A DNA stretch of 64,000 bases from a virus (lineage: Duplodnaviria > Caudoviricetes): positions 3,107-67,106 of IMG/VR virus record IMGVR_UViG_3300021431_000124. The stretch is one strand, 5' to 3'. Made by a program: the position numbers and the translations under genes. Each line of letters opens with the position of its first letter. Positions within the stretch are counted from its first letter, which is position 1. This document shows positions 41,570 through 51,546 of the stretch, in pieces. The notes under the pieces are model-generated. The model had not been told where the DNA came from. It did no database searches and was given only the letters and a program-made list of their open reading frames with translations.

Positions 41570-42631
41570 ATGATTAGGCAATATTTTTCAACAGATAAAA
41601 CAACTGGTTATATAAGATACTGGCAGATCGTAACCGATGATTGGATTCGCCTTATTCCAACTATTTGGGGCGTTTTTGGCTACGCACTGTCTCAAGGAAA
41701 TTTATCATCGCAGTTCAGAATTGATCTGCAATGGAATCCTTTAATACCAACAACTGAATTTGATAAATTAACAAATTTGCTTAATTATGTTTTTGAAAAC
41801 GAAAACAATAATGAAGATAATTACAGGATAATTGTAAATTCTTTAAGAATGATGTTCGATGATTGGTGGCTCACTTATGACCCAATATCGCAGCGACCGC
41901 CAGCACCACTATTCAAACTATTTTACATAGTAAAAAATAGTGATAATGAAATCGGTTATACCGAAAGCACAAGACTTAGAGATTCTTCACAGATTTATGT
42001 AAAATTAAAAGATGGCAGCGATAAATGGCATTACATAACCAACGATGGAAGTTGGAATTATGTGCTTGATTCTGAAGGAGAAAAGACAACTGGATCACCT
42101 GAATATGCCATTGACTTTGTTGCCAAGAATACCAAATATGTTCAAGACGAGGACGGTAACTATTATCCTGTTTATGAAAAAGAAGAAATTGACCAATACA
42201 TAAAAAGACATTATTACGTTATTGCCGCAAACGACAGAGACGACAAAAACGTTGCAAATCTTATAGATAAAAAAGTAAAGTTTAACTGCTTCTATGCTTT
42301 CATAAAAGGAATCATTCTCGCTCAATACACAGCAGAAATGAAAAATGAATATAATTATGAAGGCACTATAACTTTAAACCTAAAAGGTAAAATATTCACT
42401 ACACTACTAAACGATCTTCTGATCGAATATGGATTTATGACAAACTATACAGAAACAGAAAATAACATAAATCCAGAATTCGTCACACCAACAATAATAA
42501 CAATACGCGAAAAAGATGGGTTCTTGAGAAATTGCATAAATCTTACTTCTGGATTCTGCGATGAAGAAGAACCTGAAATATTTATTAGCTCACCAAGCAG
42601 AGATATCCGAGAACCCGTGAACGGAAAATAA
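41570..42631 (+). CDS. Hypothetical protein
   Basis: 353-aa ORF, TATCTAATA upstream. Confidence 0.6.
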   Translation: MIRQYFSTDKTTGYIRYWQIVTDDWIRLIPTIWGVFGYALSQGNLSSQFRIDLQWNPLIPTTEFDKLTNLLNYVFENENNNEDNYRIIVNSLRMMFDDWWLTYDPISQRPPAPLFKLFYIVKNSDNEIGYTESTRLRDSSQIYVKLKDGSDKWHYITNDGSWNYVLDSEGEKTTGSPEYAIDFVAKNTKYVQDEDGNYYPVYEKEEIDQYIKRHYYVIAANDRDDKNVANLIDKKVKFNCFYAFIKGIILAQYTAEMKNEYNYEGTITLNLKGKIFTTLLNDLLIEYGFMTNYTETENNINPEFVTPTIITIREKDGFLRNCINLTSGFCDEEEPEIFISSPSRDIREPVNGK

Positions 42632-42686
42632 CAAACAAACTAAATTGAAAAAACTGCAATTTTTCTCAAAACAAACATAAAAAAAA

Positions 42687-43325
42687 ATGACAACTCTAAA
42701 TGAAATCTATTCGTGTGCAAGGTGCATCGAAGAAAACGAAAGCAAAATCAGCAAGTATCATTACATTGGGTACTACTATAATAAAAACTTCAAAATATTT
42801 GATATAACCAACCTGTCTGGTTTGTTAGAAAACAACAAACTATCTGATTTACCACAAAACCTAGTTGAATTCGTAAATACAGAAAAACAGGTTATGTTTA
42901 TTCCAAATATCATTGATGGCTGCATAATTGAAATTATATGCCGCGCCACAAAGAATAAACGTTTTATCAATATTTCTAACGGCACACCATCAATGTTTTA
43001 TAACATCGGCTGCCTGCCTTCCGAAAGAAAGTTCACAGATCCTATTGTTATATGCGAAGGAACAGCAGATTGCGAATACATAAAAAATAACATAAATAAA
43101 AATGTACTCGCTTGTCTAACTGATTCAATATCCGTTTTGAAAATGGAAGTCTTGCGAACTTTAACCAATCATGTAATTCTATCTTTCGACAATGATGATT
43201 CAGGCAAAGATGCTGAAAAACGAGAAATGCTTAAACTAAAACGGCTGGGATTCTTCGTTGAAAGAATGCATCCGCAGCCGTGGTATAAAGATTATGGCGA
43301 TATGTTTACGAACCTTATGGTCTAA
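42687..43325 (+). CDS. DNA primase TOPRIM-domain protein
   Basis: IVICEGTADC and LSFDNDDSGKDA (E...DxD) TOPRIM motifs, KDYGD at C-terminus. Confidence 0.82.
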   Translation: MTTLNEIYSCARCIEENESKISKYHYIGYYYNKNFKIFDITNLSGLLENNKLSDLPQNLVEFVNTEKQVMFIPNIIDGCIIEIICRATKNKRFINISNGTPSMFYNIGCLPSERKFTDPIVICEGTADCEYIKNNINKNVLACLTDSISVLKMEVLRTLTNHVILSFDNDDSGKDAEKREMLKLKRLGFFVERMHPQPWYKDYGDMFTNLMV

Positions 43326-43938
43326 GAATACTACCACCATTCTCGTTAATAGCAGCAGCTTCTTCACGAATGCCTGCACGGGCGTCAAGATCTGGATACA
43401 TATTGTCAACTTTTAATGTCATGTCGATTGTACGCTTGTCTGACCCCTCATAAGAGAACGAACCTGCTGGGGCTGTCGTCGGCCAAACACCATAACAATC
43501 CCACGAACGCTCCATCGAACCATCTGGCGCGTACATGATGAGTTTCATATTGGTCTTGTAGTCAATAGCAAGACCCATCAAACCTGTTTGCGGATCATAA
43601 ACACGTCTCCACCAATTATAGAGTCTGTGTTCAAGATCAATACCAATATAATCATTAAGCGTAATCGTTGCATCACCTAGTTCTGGCTGGCCAGAAACTT
43701 TTACACTCTGATTGCCCATGTATAATGTGATGTCACCAACACTCCACTCTGGGAATGAAACTTCTGACACGGCGACGCGAAATTCCTGCGGAAATTGTGT
43801 GTCGTTGCCTGGGATGTATGTGAGTGAAACCTCGAAGTGGCATGTCCTTTGTACTTCGTATTGAGCATTCTTCTTAAATACATCAGCTCCTAAACCACCG
43901 TAATTACCTTTACTATTTGGGTAACAGCCTTGCGCCAT
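43315..43938 (-). CDS. Tail tube protein (T4 gp19-like)
   Basis: VSFPEWSVG...ITLNDY...NWWRRVYDPQTG...SWDCYGVWPT pattern. Confidence 0.88.
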   Translation of the reverse strand: MAQGCYPNSKGNYGGLGADVFKKNAQYEVQRTCHFEVSLTYIPGNDTQFPQEFRVAVSEVSFPEWSVGDITLYMGNQSVKVSGQPELGDATITLNDYIGIDLEHRLYNWWRRVYDPQTGLMGLAIDYKTNMKLIMYAPDGSMERSWDCYGVWPTTAPAGSFSYEGSDKRTIDMTLKVDNMYPDLDARAGIREEAAAINENGGSILRP

Positions 43939-44129
43939 AGCTTTGTCTCCTATTATAAAGATGAATAATGTATGAAAACTATTTGTGATTTAACCAATCT
44001 AAAGATTGATAAGATAAACCTCTCTTTTGTTATAGATAGAAAGATAAAATTTAGACTTCATTTACAACACATACTTAGTACGAACATAAAAAGATTAACA
44101 AACTATTTAATATATGCTATAAAGTATTT

Positions 44130-44177
44130 GGGCTAGGTCGGCCAACCGAAAAGGAAGATTTACCTGCTTCCCTGCCC
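44130..44177 (+). promoter_or_regulatory. Structured 5' leader motif upstream of endonuclease gene
   Basis: GGGC-TAGGTCGGCCAACCGAAAAG-hairpin-CTGCCC; parallels 3126-3178. Confidence 0.5.
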
Positions 44178-44212
44178 TCTAAAATTCAGGTATGTGTTAA
44201 AGGTAAAGCACC

Positions 44213-46060
44213 ATGAAAAACATCAAAAACAGAACTGCATTTCCTGACTGGTTTATTGATGAACTAGCTCACGAAGAAGATAAACAAAAAGCAAAGAATA
44301 ATGAGCTAAAAAGTTCGGATGTTGTAGATTTTTTCTGCAAAGAGCATGGATGTTATACACAGAGAATTTCAGATCATATAAAACTTAGCACAGGTGAAAA
44401 ACGTAAAGGTTGTCAGCTATGTAGTGAAATTAAAAGAAAAGCTAAATTTTCAGAAACAAAGAAATCAAAAAGACCTGAATATCCGAAATGGTTTATAGAT
44501 GAAATCTATTCAGAAGAAAACAAACAGAAAGCAATAAATAAGGATTTAAAATATAATGAAAGAATAGAATTCTTTTGTAAAGAACATGGCGTTTATAACC
44601 AAATAGTTGCAGACCATATCGATTTCAAAACATCATCTAAAAAGCAAGGTTGTCCTCTATGTGGTATAATAAAACAAAAACAATCTGTTAAAGAAAAAAA
44701 CAAGCAAAAAAGGAAATTTCCCCAATGGTTTATAAATGATATAGCAAATGATAATGACAAACAGAAAGCTATTTCTAAAGAACTTAATTGGTCTGATAAA
44801 ATAGAATTTAAATGTCACATTCATGGAAATTATAAACAAAGAGTCGATGCACATATTTACATTTCCACTGGGAAACCTAATCAGGGATGTCCTGTGTGTG
44901 GAAGAATAAATAAAAAAATATCAAGAAATAAAACAATAATAAAAAACCGTCCTTGCTATCCAGATTGGTTTATAAATGAATTAGCACATGAATATGATAA
45001 GGAAAGAGCTAAAAAATCAGAAATATCATCAACTGAATATTTAGATTTTTATTGTCAAAAACATGGAATATACAACCAGTATGTTGGAAATCATATCGTT
45101 ATTTCGACTGGGGAACCTGCCTGTAAATGTCCACACTGCAAGCAAAGTATATCTGCAAGTGAAGATGCCATTTATAATTATATAAAGTTATTTTATCCAA
45201 ATGCAGAAAAAAGGAATCGTACAACCATAAAAAGTGAAAAATCTAATCGGTTTCTCGAATTAGACATATTCTGTAAAGATAAAAATATTGCAATAGAATA
45301 TAATGGTAGTTTATGGCATGGCGAACGATTCACGCAAACAAAAGAACATAATTTAAATAAATACTTAATTTGTGAGCGACAGAACATAAGATTAATATCA
45401 ATATTCGACAAAGACTGGATAGAAAACAAAGAAAAAATTAAACAATTTCTTAAAGATTTATTTATTCAAAAAACAATAATATATGGAAGAAAAACGACAG
45501 TAAAAAAAATAGATTTGAAAGATGCGAACAAATTCTGTGATAAATATCATTTAAAAGGTAAATCTAGCGGAAATCTTATTGCTTATGGGCTGTTTTATAA
45601 TGATGACTTAATTTCTGTTATGACTTTTTCAAAACCTAAATTTGGTAAACAAAAAGAGGTTGAATGGGATTTATCAAGATATTGCGTAAAGTTTGGTTAC
45701 TCAGTTATTGGCGGAGCAGAAAAAATATTTTCTGCTTTTGAAAAGGAATTTACCCCTGAAAGCATAATAACTTACAGCGACTGTGATTACTTCACTGGTG
45801 AAGTCTACAAAAAACTAGGTTTCTTTTTTGAATCAATAACAGACTTGCCTTATTATTGGGCTAAAGACAATATGTTTTATACAAGACAACAATGTCAACC
45901 TAAACATTTAAAATATAAATACCCAGATTTATACAAAAAAGCTATTTGCGAAAACGCCTCATCAAAAGAAGACTTTATAATGCACTCTCTTGGATTTTAT
46001 AAAGTTTTTAGATGCGGAAACAAAAGATGGATTTGGAAAAATAAAAGCCTCAAAATTTAA
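44213..46060 (+). CDS. Free-standing homing-endonuclease-like protein (four Zn-binding repeats, PD-(D/E)XK/Vsr-like domain, Hef-like C-terminus)
   Basis: Four (F/Y)P.WFI....C..HG.Y.Q...H......C..C repeats; ELDIFCKDKNIAIEYNGSLWH; GGAEKIF...IITYSD. Confidence 0.8.
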   Translation: MKNIKNRTAFPDWFIDELAHEEDKQKAKNNELKSSDVVDFFCKEHGCYTQRISDHIKLSTGEKRKGCQLCSEIKRKAKFSETKKSKRPEYPKWFIDEIYSEENKQKAINKDLKYNERIEFFCKEHGVYNQIVADHIDFKTSSKKQGCPLCGIIKQKQSVKEKNKQKRKFPQWFINDIANDNDKQKAISKELNWSDKIEFKCHIHGNYKQRVDAHIYISTGKPNQGCPVCGRINKKISRNKTIIKNRPCYPDWFINELAHEYDKERAKKSEISSTEYLDFYCQKHGIYNQYVGNHIVISTGEPACKCPHCKQSISASEDAIYNYIKLFYPNAEKRNRTTIKSEKSNRFLELDIFCKDKNIAIEYNGSLWHGERFTQTKEHNLNKYLICERQNIRLISIFDKDWIENKEKIKQFLKDLFIQKTIIYGRKTTVKKIDLKDANKFCDKYHLKGKSSGNLIAYGLFYNDDLISVMTFSKPKFGKQKEVEWDLSRYCVKFGYSVIGGAEKIFSAFEKEFTPESIITYSDCDYFTGEVYKKLGFFFESITDLPYYWAKDNMFYTRQQCQPKHLKYKYPDLYKKAICENASSKEDFIMHSLGFYKVFRCGNKRWIWKNKSLKI

Positions 46061-46073
46061 TTTTGAGGCTTTT
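46043..46073. terminator. Bidirectional terminator
   Basis: AAAAGCCTCAAAA / TTTTGAGGCTTTT inverted repeat. Confidence 0.7.
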
Positions 46074-46119
46074 GGTTGTTTTGTTAAATAAAATTTATAG
46101 TTTGTTTTATTTAACAGAA

Positions 46120-48915
46120 TTAGAACGTGGAGTTGTCAGCCGCAGATGAATAAACCACATAATCAATCTTAAAGATTTCTGCATCTGGGACGAACTGAAG
46201 CTCTACAATACCACGAACTATACGATTTGCTAATTCTGCGGCAGTCGTTGTGTCATTACCCATGCTAACGCGATACCAAGCAAGTCCGCGACCTGACTTA
46301 ATTCTATCCAGAATATTATTCTTTACATAGTCAATCCACGTTCTCCAAAGAATAACATCATTGAGTTCAAATTTAAGTGTTTCGGTATAAGCATCGACCT
46401 TTGAACGAATATAAGTCAAAGTACGAGCTATGTGCGCTGCGGAAAGGTCTGTGTATTGAGCATTGAGTGTTTCGTTTCCATAGATCTGAATACCCTGATT
46501 ACCAGTGTCATAGATCGGATTGATGTTGTGAGTAATGAACTCATCGCGGTCTAATTTAGCAGGAACTTGGTTGATGACGGAGGCGGCATCAATTGTACCA
46601 CGTTCTTTGCCTGCGACTGGGAACCAAGTTCCGTTCAGCTTGTAAGATGCAAGCGAATTCTTAGTCACATAGTATGAAGGTGGTAATTCAACGATTGCGC
46701 CATTATACACATCATTGCACCAATTGTAGTAAAGTTCCGTCCACCACTGTGATGGGATTGGTTCTTCTTCACGATATTCGATAGCAGTTTTCTTTGAATA
46801 TCCCTTTGGAATATCCCAGACGCAAGTTGTGTCTTTACGATTCCAAGCAATATCCTGTGCTGCCATGTAGAACTCTTTGTCGGTATAGCCGAGTGATGGC
46901 CACATCTGTGCAGGATATTTAACGTCATCGAACAACCAAGCGCCAGCGGTACCTGATTCATCTTTGTAACCGATGTAATCTTTTGCAGTAATGCCATCGA
47001 CACCATCCGTACCGCCATCGAAATTATAAGTCATTTCGTGCAATGATTTGAGTGCATCGAAATCATAGCTTGTGAATGCGGCTGAGAATGTATCTTGATC
47101 GAGAGTGCCAATAAACGGTACGTCAACGTCAACGATATTGCCTTTTGCATCTGTGCCTTCGATGATTGAGCCATCGGGATTTGATGAGCAAACGATTGAG
47201 TCAAGTTCAGTGCCGTTGAGCATGAGTGAGACGTTATAAATAACATCGCCATTATTCTCTGTATGGTCTTTGAGAATCTTTAGCGAGTATTTATTGCCAT
47301 CAGTACCCTTGTTCTTAATATTGAACTTGAGATTGTCCATGCCTTCTGCATTGCAGTGTAGAGCAGGTGAAGAACCTGCAACAACTGGGACTGCATTATT
47401 AAGCTCAACAACACCAGTGTTATAGAACACTTTACCGACTGAGTATGCTTCTTTCTCAAAGCATTTAACTGTTTCGCCGTTAAGGTCAAAACTAACGCTG
47501 CGGAAACGGTTAAGAACGCCATTAGAAGTGACAGCAGTTTCATCGAGAACAAGATGTACGAAACCATCATCATCGACAACTTCTTTTACTGGGTGATCGG
47601 ATAGAATGATAACGCCCTCATCCTGATTGTTAAGACCTTTTTCTGCATCGTATGGATCTTCGGCGGAAGTGCTAAGAATTACAGAACCAGCAACGATATT
47701 TTCGAGGTTGTTGCCTTCCTCATCTTGTGGATGCAATTCTTTTAATTCGCTTTCGCTTGTTTCCCAATTGATAACATGATAATCTTTTTCAGTCTTATTT
47801 ACAGTCAGGCAGTGGACATTATTGATTCCCTCTGCACCGAGTGCTTGAATTTTCTTTAACAGTCTTGTGTTTTCGCTTTCGGCTTCACTTTCGTCGATAT
47901 AATCAGACAGTAAAATATCATTAACTTTGATAGTTCCATCAGATGGTTTTAATGTTCCAAGATTAACGAAAACAACTTCATCGACATTAAATTTGACAGC
48001 GATTTTAAGACCGTTGACGAATTTATTTGTTTTTGTAATAGTTGCTGGAGCGACTGTATGTGATTTGTTTTTACCATCCTGACCAAATGACATTGTAGCA
48101 ATCTTATCAGGTTTTGGAAGATCTTGTGTTTGTGTATCTTTACTAATCGTTGCACAAATAGCTGTTGCTGTTAAATATTGAATAGTTTCAGATGCTTCAA
48201 TTTTTAATTTATTGTCAACAACATTTAATGTGAAAGTTGGCCCTACGAGCAATGTGGTTAAATTCACTGAAGAAACAGGTGCGTCATTCTCTAACAATGA
48301 CCAAACATTTTCTTCTGACTTCTTTAAACAAAGTGATATTGACGTAGGATTGAGCGACGCTTCAAAGTTCTGATTAATCACGTCAACAACTGTACCATCA
48401 TCATCACCAACAACATGTATATTCTTTATTGCAACAGTATCAATATCAGCAAAATTAGTTGAAAGATCAATCATGCTTGCATAAGTGGCACTTCCTGTTG
48501 CTTCCTCAAAAGTTTTCTCACTGTCATTAAAGACATCGACTTCAACTTCTTCCTGCTTTATAATTTCGACGACACCATTGTTTTTAATGGTAACGCCATC
48601 TGTATCAAACTCGATAAGATCATTTGCATCATCCCAACTAAAAGAATCTGATTCAATATCAGCTTGAGTCTTATTTGTTAAAACAACTTTCCCTGCTGGA
48701 CTTGTATCAGATGTTTTAATATGTTCCAGAGAAGAACCATCATTCTCGACATAAACAACATACTTAGGCAACAATGCTTTAGCAGCACTTTCGCTTTCAG
48801 CCTGTCGATAAGAAAGGCTCTTGGTATTAACAACACTGTGTGAAAGTGAAACAGTCTTTACATTAGACATATCAATTCCAGCTTTAACATTTTTAATATC
48901 GTTTAATTCTAGCAT
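46120..48915 (-). CDS. Tail sheath protein (central and C-terminal domains)
   Basis: KNKGTDGNKYSLKI, GGTDG, INPI...GIQIYGNETL...ARTLTYI, NRIVRGIVELQFVPDAEIF. Confidence 0.9.
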   Translation of the reverse strand: MLELNDIKNVKAGIDMSNVKTVSLSHSVVNTKSLSYRQAESESAAKALLPKYVVYVENDGSSLEHIKTSDTSPAGKVVLTNKTQADIESDSFSWDDANDLIEFDTDGVTIKNNGVVEIIKQEEVEVDVFNDSEKTFEEATGSATYASMIDLSTNFADIDTVAIKNIHVVGDDDGTVVDVINQNFEASLNPTSISLCLKKSEENVWSLLENDAPVSSVNLTTLLVGPTFTLNVVDNKLKIEASETIQYLTATAICATISKDTQTQDLPKPDKIATMSFGQDGKNKSHTVAPATITKTNKFVNGLKIAVKFNVDEVVFVNLGTLKPSDGTIKVNDILLSDYIDESEAESENTRLLKKIQALGAEGINNVHCLTVNKTEKDYHVINWETSESELKELHPQDEEGNNLENIVAGSVILSTSAEDPYDAEKGLNNQDEGVIILSDHPVKEVVDDDGFVHLVLDETAVTSNGVLNRFRSVSFDLNGETVKCFEKEAYSVGKVFYNTGVVELNNAVPVVAGSSPALHCNAEGMDNLKFNIKNKGTDGNKYSLKILKDHTENNGDVIYNVSLMLNGTELDSIVCSSNPDGSIIEGTDAKGNIVDVDVPFIGTLDQDTFSAAFTSYDFDALKSLHEMTYNFDGGTDGVDGITAKDYIGYKDESGTAGAWLFDDVKYPAQMWPSLGYTDKEFYMAAQDIAWNRKDTTCVWDIPKGYSKKTAIEYREEEPIPSQWWTELYYNWCNDVYNGAIVELPPSYYVTKNSLASYKLNGTWFPVAGKERGTIDAASVINQVPAKLDRDEFITHNINPIYDTGNQGIQIYGNETLNAQYTDLSAAHIARTLTYIRSKVDAYTETLKFELNDVILWRTWIDYVKNNILDRIKSGRGLAWYRVSMGNDTTTAAELANRIVRGIVELQFVPDAEIFKIDYVVYSSAADNSTF

Positions 48916-48957
48916 AGTTTTTACCTCTTTATATAAAAAGTAGTCTAACGAGTTACT

Positions 48958-49383
48958 TTATATCTGAACGTCATTATGAACGATTTCGACATTACCGAAA
49001 TAGATTGGTACGCTTTCATAGAGAATATCAGCGGAATCTGGCATCTCATAAGGCGTATCATCTTCATTTAAAAATTCAACGCCTAAATGAGCGAAAATAG
49101 AATACGATTTATCTTCCAATTGTTTTACACAAGACAACTGAGTTATTTGATTTATTTGAGTAATAAACGCAAAAGAATTTGGATCGCCAGCACCAATCAT
49201 AAAAACTGATTCATCATTATTTAAAATATTATACTGAGTTGGCTTCATTATATATTTTACTAATGACAAACCACTTGTTTCTATGTTTGTCTTTATATCA
49301 TTTTTAGATATACCGAGCTGTGATGCTATCGTTTTGTCGAAATCGGTCATTGTAAGTTTTACTTTTATATTCTTACTAGCCAT
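48958..49383 (-). CDS. Hypothetical protein between the sheath-related genes
   Basis: 141-aa ORF with GGAGG RBS. Confidence 0.7.
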   Translation of the reverse strand: MASKNIKVKLTMTDFDKTIASQLGISKNDIKTNIETSGLSLVKYIMKPTQYNILNNDESVFMIGAGDPNSFAFITQINQITQLSCVKQLEDKSYSIFAHLGVEFLNEDDTPYEMPDSADILYESVPIYFGNVEIVHNDVQI

Positions 49384-49401
49384 ATTCCCTCCAAATTAGA
49401 T

Positions 49402-50349
49402 TCATTCGCCATCGTCGATTTCAAAGGGAAGACTCGTAATAGAACCAAAATCATCATCACCGCCGCCGCCGCCGCCTTCATCAGTCGTTTTTATTGCGAT
49501 TGGGAAAGTGACTTTGTTTGGTGATGCCGTGCCATAAGCACGCTGTAAAACTTGATCCATTTCAAAAATAATATCGCATGGGGTATTTTCGACAATATTT
49601 GATGATGGTTTCAAAACGATTACAGAACGTTTTGCATATCCATCTGAATAGAACCAATTTGCCTCATACTGTGATGATTCAAGTGGTTCTGAATCTGCTT
49701 CACCAGACTTGCGAATTTCAATGATAGCTGTCTCTTTTTGACTTACGACATCTGAAAGCAACAAACACAGTTCTTCACTATAAGATTTGTTGCCTTTATC
49801 ATCTAACTGATAGACTTCACGATAAGTCGCAGTCACAGATGAATTTTCCATCCTAATAGGATCGTCAACTATGTCCATTGATAAATCGCTAACAATATTT
49901 GTCAATGGAGATTTGTCATCATCATCATTAACGACATGAATGACTAAATCTTGTTTCGCATTGCTATCATCAGCAGGCGTTACATTGCCATCAACAATAC
50001 CAATAGCCATAAGTTCGCCTTTTTTGTCACCATAAATATCATCAGTTGAAACGATGACTTGTGCGCCACGAAGTGAATTTTCGTGGGCGACGCGGATGAT
50101 AAACATGGTGTTATCTTCTGCGATGATTTTATCGGCGCAAACAAGTGCAATATGATCTGTTGTAGGCTCACCGAAAGTGGAAGCAAGCAAGTCTGTTGTG
50201 TTAATTTGATAGACTTTATTCAGCTCACCCTTAGAGGCTGTGACGCATCCAAGCGCTGCCCAATTGAGTGCAGACGGGACTTTCGATTTATCAACCACCC
50301 TAGAAAAGACATGGGCTGATTCTCTTTGTGTTCGCTCATATATTGCCAT
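49402..50349 (-). CDS. Tail sheath N-terminal-domain protein
   Basis: Sheath N-terminal pattern KGELN...TFGEP...FIIRV; full-length paralog of 28002-28982. Confidence 0.72.
   Translation of the reverse strand: MAIYERTQRESAHVFSRVVDKSKVPSALNWAALGCVTASKGELNKVYQINTTDLLASTFGEPTTDHIALVCADKIIAEDNTMFIIRVAHENSLRGAQVIVSTDDIYGDKKGELMAIGIVDGNVTPADDSNAKQDLVIHVVNDDDDKSPLTNIVSDLSMDIVDDPIRMENSSVTATYREVYQLDDKGNKSYSEELCLLLSDVVSQKETAIIEIRKSGEADSEPLESSQYEANWFYSDGYAKRSVIVLKPSSNIVENTPCDIIFEMDQVLQRAYGTASPNKVTFPIAIKTTDEGGGGGGDDDFGSITSLPFEIDDGE
50040..50349 (-). repeat. 310-bp inverted repeat, copy 2
   Basis: Matches 28002-28311. Confidence 0.9.
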
Positions 50350-50414
50350 GATAATTACCCCTAAATATAATATATTTATTGATTAAGAATAACGAATCCT
50401 AGTCTTTAAGATAA

Positions 50415-50627
50415 TTATTTAATGTCAATATTCTCGCAACAGCTTTCATCTCTCGAAGAAGCTGGACGCATCTTAATGATTGAAACTTTTTTCATGTCTA
50501 AAATCTGTTTGCTTTTTGGATTGTTGATTACATATCTTTTGTTCGGTAAAAGTGTCATTGCTTTTGTTTCGCCGTTTTCAACAACCTGAACTTGTGTGGT
50601 CTGTCTGACAGAAATAACGTATGCCAT
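50415..50627 (-). CDS. Small hypothetical protein
   Basis: 70-aa ORF, AGGAG RBS. Confidence 0.65.
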   Translation of the reverse strand: MAYVISVRQTTQVQVVENGETKAMTLLPNKRYVINNPKSKQILDMKKVSIIKMRPASSRDESCCENIDIK

Positions 50628-50733
50628 GTTTAACTCCTAAATAATTATAAAAGACTAAAGATTCTAACGTTCGTTAGTTATAAACAGTCTTATTTGTTTA
50701 GATAGAAATGCGCGAAATAGATTTTTTTGTTTT

Positions 50734-51525
50734 TTAATAATCTTTTTCTGCACGACCATAAGCTGAATATGTTAATGGCTTGTCTGTATATTCAGATGAA
50801 ACTTCTTTATATGTTTTTGTTTCCTCATCATAAACAAGACTTGCATTTTCCATTTGTGGCAGATTACTTGGAACGGGTATATTGTTTTGAGTAGCTTGGT
50901 ATCCATCTACTATTGTACCATCACTGACACCAGTATCTTGTGTTGTGTCATCGAGTTCTATGACAAATTTTTTAACACTAAGATGTCTAAATTTACGAGA
51001 TATAATAGCATCTATTGTATATGTAAAAGATGCACGATAAATATTAACTGATTCCTCTCTGCTGTCTATATCACTATTGTCTTCGACACCTTCCTTATCT
51101 ATTGTAATATCCATCGCACCCCAAACAGGATCATTCGTTATGATACACATAAACTGAAATCTCGTGAGATTTTCTTGTATTTCGACAGCCATTTCGTCAA
51201 AGTTCTGTCTTGACGTTGCATATAAATCTACCTGATAACGCAATTTAAATTTAATGAATGGCACACGACATTCTTGTTTTCCGAAGCGAAGACCATCTAT
51301 TGCGGCTGGCAAATTCATATCCTCAAGCATCTCAGGTATTCCAATTCTGCGTATTGTCAGAACAGGAAATATAGACTGAGTTGTTTGATCAAATGATGGA
51401 TTTTCCTGAATAATTCGATTTCTTACTTCATTAAGCGCGTGTTCTTCTGAATTAACGAAGTAAGAATTTTTATAATAAGCCCTCCAGCGAGCTTCCATTG
51501 CATTGTCATAGTCGATTATTCGCAT
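50734..51525 (-). CDS. Putative tail terminator/completion protein
   Basis: FPVLTIRR...LRYQVDLYA...EIQENL pattern; lies between tape measure and sheath genes. Confidence 0.55.
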   Translation of the reverse strand: MRIIDYDNAMEARWRAYYKNSYFVNSEEHALNEVRNRIIQENPSFDQTTQSIFPVLTIRRIGIPEMLEDMNLPAAIDGLRFGKQECRVPFIKFKLRYQVDLYATSRQNFDEMAVEIQENLTRFQFMCIITNDPVWGAMDITIDKEGVEDNSDIDSREESVNIYRASFTYTIDAIISRKFRHLSVKKFVIELDDTTQDTGVSDGTIVDGYQATQNNIPVPSNLPQMENASLVYDEETKTYKEVSSEYTDKPLTYSAYGRAEKDY

Positions 51526-51546
51526 TGTATATTTCCCTTAATTAAG

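Noticed and set aside
48916-49404. Stop-codon reassignment or readthrough joining the sheath ORFs
   Set aside because: Several stop types intervene, each ORF has its own RBS, long ORFs fit code 11, and no suppressor tRNA was found
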